Below, in pieces: positions 59,863 to 64,000 of a stretch of 64,000 nt of DNA. Made by a program: the position numbers and the translations under genes. The notes below the pieces were generated by a model, which was given only the letters and a program-made list of their open reading frames with translations, made no database searches and was not told the origin of the DNA. Source of the DNA: Octopus sinensis (lineage: Eukaryota); NCBI RefSeq assembly GCF_006345805.1, contig NC_042999.1, forward strand, positions 135,160,001 to 135,224,000, written 5' to 3'. How positions within the stretch are numbered: the stretch's first letter is position 1; each line of letters starts with the position of its first letter.

Positions 59863-60399
59863 GTAAGTATCTCCCCTTCTCTGAAGGCTTGGAAATTAAC
59901 CTTTCATCTCATTTTCATTATTTTCTATTCATTCTGCAACTTTTTTTTTTTTTTTTTTCTTTGCATCAGTATGAATTCATTGATTGATTCAGAATATTTA
60001 AACACTCAAATGTGTGCTAACCCTGTTAGTATTTATTCACCTGAAATAGCCTCTGGCTCTATGAAACAGAACATCTCAATGAAATGTATTCCCACTTAAA
60101 TTAACATCTTCCATCATAATTTTATCTAAAAAATTTTTGTTAAGTAATGTTCCAAACACTGGCTTAACAATGGGATAGTTAATTATTCTCATATTCTCTT
60201 CATACTAATTGAAAAACATGCATAGTATATTTCATTAAAATTATGATCATGAAAGCATTAACAAACATATTTCAGCATTCAGATATTTTAATTAACTCAG
60301 ATGAAAAAGAGCTGTTAATAGTAGATATAGGTATATCTACTATGGATCAGGTTTAATAGTACTAAGAACTTACTGGAAATAACCCATAACCCATGGCAT

Positions 60400-60900
60400 C
60401 TACCTGGGATGTAGCCAGTCCACTTATGCATACCTTTCCTTCTTGGGACACAAAACTCTACTTGTGAAGACCTGTTGAGGCAAGTGGAAATCAAAATCGA
60501 AATCGATCAACATCAATGGAAATTGTAGCTTTGATACCTGTGCCAGTGACACGTAAGCGAACCATCCGAACGTGGCTGTTGCCAGCGCCGCCCCAACGGG
60601 CCTCCATGCTGGTGGCACGTAAAAAGCACCATCCGATCGTGGCCGTTGCCAGCCCTGCCTGGCCCCTGTGCCGGTGGCACGTAAAAAGCACCATCCGTTC
60701 GTGGTCGTTTGCCAGCCTCGTCTGGCACATAAAAAGCACCCACTACACTCACGGAGTGGTTGGCGTTAGGAAGGGCATTCAGCCATAGAAACATTGCCAC
60801 ATCAGACTGGGCCTGGTGCAACCTTCTGGCTTCCCAGACCCCAGTTGAACCGTCCAACCCATGCTAGCATGGAAAGCAGACACTAAATGATGATGATGAT
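60400..60900 (+). mobile_element. RTE 3' UTR copy, sense orientation
   Basis: Modules TGTGCCGGTGGCACGTAAAAAGCACC; ends CATGCTAGCATGGAAAG...(TGA)n. Confidence 0.85.
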
Positions 60901-61885
60901 CTCTGGAGGAAATAGACTGTTGCACAGAATGCTTAAATTAGGAATTATTCATAAGCAAATATTCTTAAGAATTTAAGTTAGTAGATTCCTGAAGGAGTCT
61001 ATGAGTTTATGAGATGAGGGTCTTGAAAGAATAGTAATGAAAAACAAAACAACTTCCAGTGAGACTTTGGATGTAACAAATAAACTCACATTCTATATTC
61101 TATCGAAAAATTTGGTTAGTGTATAATTATTATGAATAATGACTTCTAACATAAATACAAGACCAGAAGTTTGGGAGTAGGGGTTAGCTGATTAAATCAA
61201 CCCTAGTATTTGAGTTGGTTGGTTAATTCAAATTACTTCATAAGGAGCATAGGGCCAGTTTCCCAGTTTCTCTAGCATATATATATTCTTCCCTGGACAG
61301 GACACCAGCCCATCGCAAGGTTATTCATTTTTACCTGTTAAGTGAACTGGAGCGTCATGAAATGAAGTATTTTGTTCAAGAACACAACACATCATCAGGT
61401 TGAGGGATCGAAACCATGATCTTATGCTCACGAGTTCAACACTCTAACCACTGGGCCCAGTATTTGACTGGTACTTTATTTTATCAACCTCAGAAGAATG
61501 AAAGGCAATGTTGGCCTGAGTAGGACTCAAACTTAAAATGAAAAAAGAAAACCATAAATAGCACAGGGCATGAAAATTATAGTTAGTTAAATAAACTCAA
61601 ATACTTAACTGTACTTATTTTATTAATTCCAGAAAGATAAAAGACAAAGTTGTGTCAAGCAGAATTAGAAACTGATATTGATTTGTTACACAACACCACA
61701 AATATTACAGAGGAGGAATCTAATTCATTGAATCAACCCCAGTATTTGTTTATTATTTATTTATTTATTTAACTCTGCTAGGGTTAAAAGTAAATTCAAC
61801 TTTGGTGATGTTTGAACTCAAAACACAAAACTAAATATTTGCAATATTTACTCTAGCTCACTACTCTTTTTGCTATTCCACTACC

Positions 61886-61927
<42 letters not shown>

Positions 61928-62701
61928 ATCCTTTCTACTAAAAGCACAAGGCCTGAAATTTGTGGGGAAGGGACTGGTTGATTACATTGACCCCAGTGTT
62001 TCACTGGTACTTAATTTATCGATCCCAAAAGGACAAAAGCAAAGTCAACCTTGGCAGAATTTGAACTCAGAATGTAGCAATGGGCAAAATACTGCTAAGC
62101 ATTTCATCCAGCATGCTAACGATTCTGCCAGCTTGCTACCTTAATGATAATAATAATAATCCTTTCTACTATAGGCACAAGGCCTGAAATTTTAGGGTAG
62201 GGGCAAGTCAATTGCAACAACTCCAGTACTCAATTGGTACTTAATTTATCAACTCTGAAAAGATGGAAAACAAAGTTGACCTTGGCGGAATTTAAACTTA
62301 GACCATAGCAGCAGACAAAGTACTGCTAAGCATTCCACCCAGCGTGCTAACAATTTTGCCATCTTGCCATCTTAATAATAATAATAATAATAATAACGAT
62401 ACTAACTGTTTTTAATTTAAGCAAAGATAAGCAATTTGAGGTAATAATTAAGGGATAATTCTTTCTACTGTAGGCATAAGGCCTGAAATTTTGAGGGTGG
62501 GGGAAGCTAGTAATTATATTGACCCAGTGCTTAACTGGTACTTATTTCATCGACTGTGAAAGGATGAAAGGCAACGTTGACCTCAGCAGAATTTGAACTC
62601 TGAACAAAAGGATGAGTAAAATGCCACTAAGCATTTCATCTGGCATGCTAACAGTTTTGCCAGCTTGCCACCTCAATAGTAATTATATTAATAATAATAA
62701 T

Positions 62702-63715
62702 AACAAGTGCACTCAGAGAGCACAAACCTCCACCAAGGCAACACTAATGTCCTCTCAACAATTAACCGGAGATGATTTTTAAAATGAGGATATCTGAAAT
62801 AAACTCAATTGCTCTCAAAAATGAGAATACTAAAAATGAACCCGACCACTCTCAAAAGTTAAGTAAATAAAAATGGGGAAAGTCATCCAGAATCCTTGTC
62901 CAGTACCTGATTGATCCCATGGTAGTCATGGAATGTGAAGGTGGGTGTGCAGGCCATGTTTGTGTCAGCCGCACTGGGAACAGGGAGGATTTTTTTCTAT
63001 GAAGACCTCTTTTTAGTCTATCCATTGATATAGTGTCTTTATGACCATTAAGGTCTATAGTGAAAAATTTATCCGTGTGTGAAAGAAAATGGAAAGGACC
63101 TGCATATGGTGCTGTTAACAGAGATTTAACAACATAGTTACGCACAAAAACATGAGTCCAAGAAGTAAAGCTTCCTTCAAAGCAGAGCTAGAAATGCAAT
63201 TGTCAAGTACTTAAGAGGTTTTAAACAGGGGTGATATATTCAAAATTGGTAAAATTAAATTTTTTATTGCTACTGAATATGTTAGTGTTATTTAATTTCT
63301 GAACAGTTTTGCTACTGTTTGTTTATGTAGTTTGATTTCTTTATCCATCTAAGACAGAGATGCCAGTAAAATTAATAATAAAGAAACGAAAATAAAACTT
63401 TGGAAACAGCAACACTGCCATAACTTACGTGAAAACTATGAGCATGCTTTCAAGGGAGATAATCAGAGAAAGATTTGAAAATGAACGTAAATCGTAATAC
63501 TTCATCTGAAGTAAATATAACAAATAATCTAGAATCCTTGTTTGGTACTGGATCGATCCCAAAATCTAATCAGTTCATGCCAGTCACAAGGCCAAACATC
63601 CCTGAAAGTTTCATCCGAATCCATCCTGTGGTTCTTGAGATATCTTGTCTACAGACAAACAAACAAACATGACTGAAAACAATACCTCTGCCTTCACTAA
63701 AGTGGAGGTAATAAT
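62702..63715. mobile_element. Helentron/HINE-like non-autonomous element pieces (62702-62918 and 63380-63715)
   Basis: 5' ACCTCCACCAAGG (62726-38) inverted to 3' AAAGTGGAGGT; 3' hairpin ACCTCTGCCTT-CACT-AAAGTGGAGGT 63684-63709. Confidence 0.45.
62960..63135 (-). mobile_element. Gypsy/Ty3 integrase C-terminal fragment
   Basis: LTAPYAGPF..LS.TDKFFTIDLNG.KDTISMDRLK (GPY/F region). Confidence 0.65.
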
Positions 63716-64000
63716 GATTTCAAATTTTGGCACAAGCCCAGCAATTTCGGGTGAGTGGGTAAGTTAATTACATCGACCCCAGTGTTCAACTGGTACCTAT
63801 TGTAACAATCCTGAAAGAATGAAAGGCAAAGTCAACCTTGGCGGAATTTGAACTCAGAACCTGAAGACAAAGGAAATGCTGCTAAGCATTTTGTCTGGTG
63901 TACTAATGATTCTACCAGCTCATTCTTTCTACTATAGACCAAAGACCTGAAATTTTGGGGGAGGAGTCGTCAAATTGACCCCAGTGCTCAACTGGTACTT

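Larger units (their letters stand above)
61160..64000 (-). repeat. Cluster of about 8-9 co-oriented family A SINEs separated by (AAT)n
   Basis: Repeated CCCAGT..CAACTGGTACTT...GGCAAAGTCAACCTTGGC(A/G)GAATTTGAACTC cores, e.g. 61925-62145, 62155-62372, 62455-62675, 63712-63925. Confidence 0.85.

Noticed and set aside
59863-64000. Remaining Cactin exons (IFYPDL..., FHAGPPYEDIAF...)
   Set aside because: Not found in any frame; presumed to lie beyond the window.

Overview
AT-rich, microsatellite-dense metazoan genomic DNA. It is most likely a coleoid cephalopod (Octopus-type repeat landscape; this is an inference). Three protein-coding genes: (1) a GT31 beta-1,3-galactosyltransferase (+, 7901-8960, one 82-nt intron near the start); (2) TANGO6/RTP1 (-, 17161-20760, a 1199-aa CDS with no intron); (3) Cactin (+, starts 21182; 16 exons reconstructed with canonical GT-AG sites and a continuous 630-codon frame to 59862; the last exons lie beyond the window). 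TANGO6 and Cactin are head-to-head and probably overlap at their 5' ends. The rest is mobile DNA: RTE, CR1 and R4/Dong-like LINE remnants, Penelope-like (GIY-YIG) remnants, Tc1/mariner, hAT, piggyBac-like and Merlin-like non-autonomous elements, tRNA-derived SINEs, and a Gypsy fragment. The most unusual signals are RNA structures. Six type-I hammerhead ribozyme motifs from five sequence families are present, one of them joined to a tRNA-like Pol III head with an inverted terminal copy (a candidate Penelope-mobilised SINE/retrozyme). The RTE 3' UTR is built from a variable-copy tandem array of covariation-supported H-type pseudoknot modules. All folds were derived by eye and are not computed.
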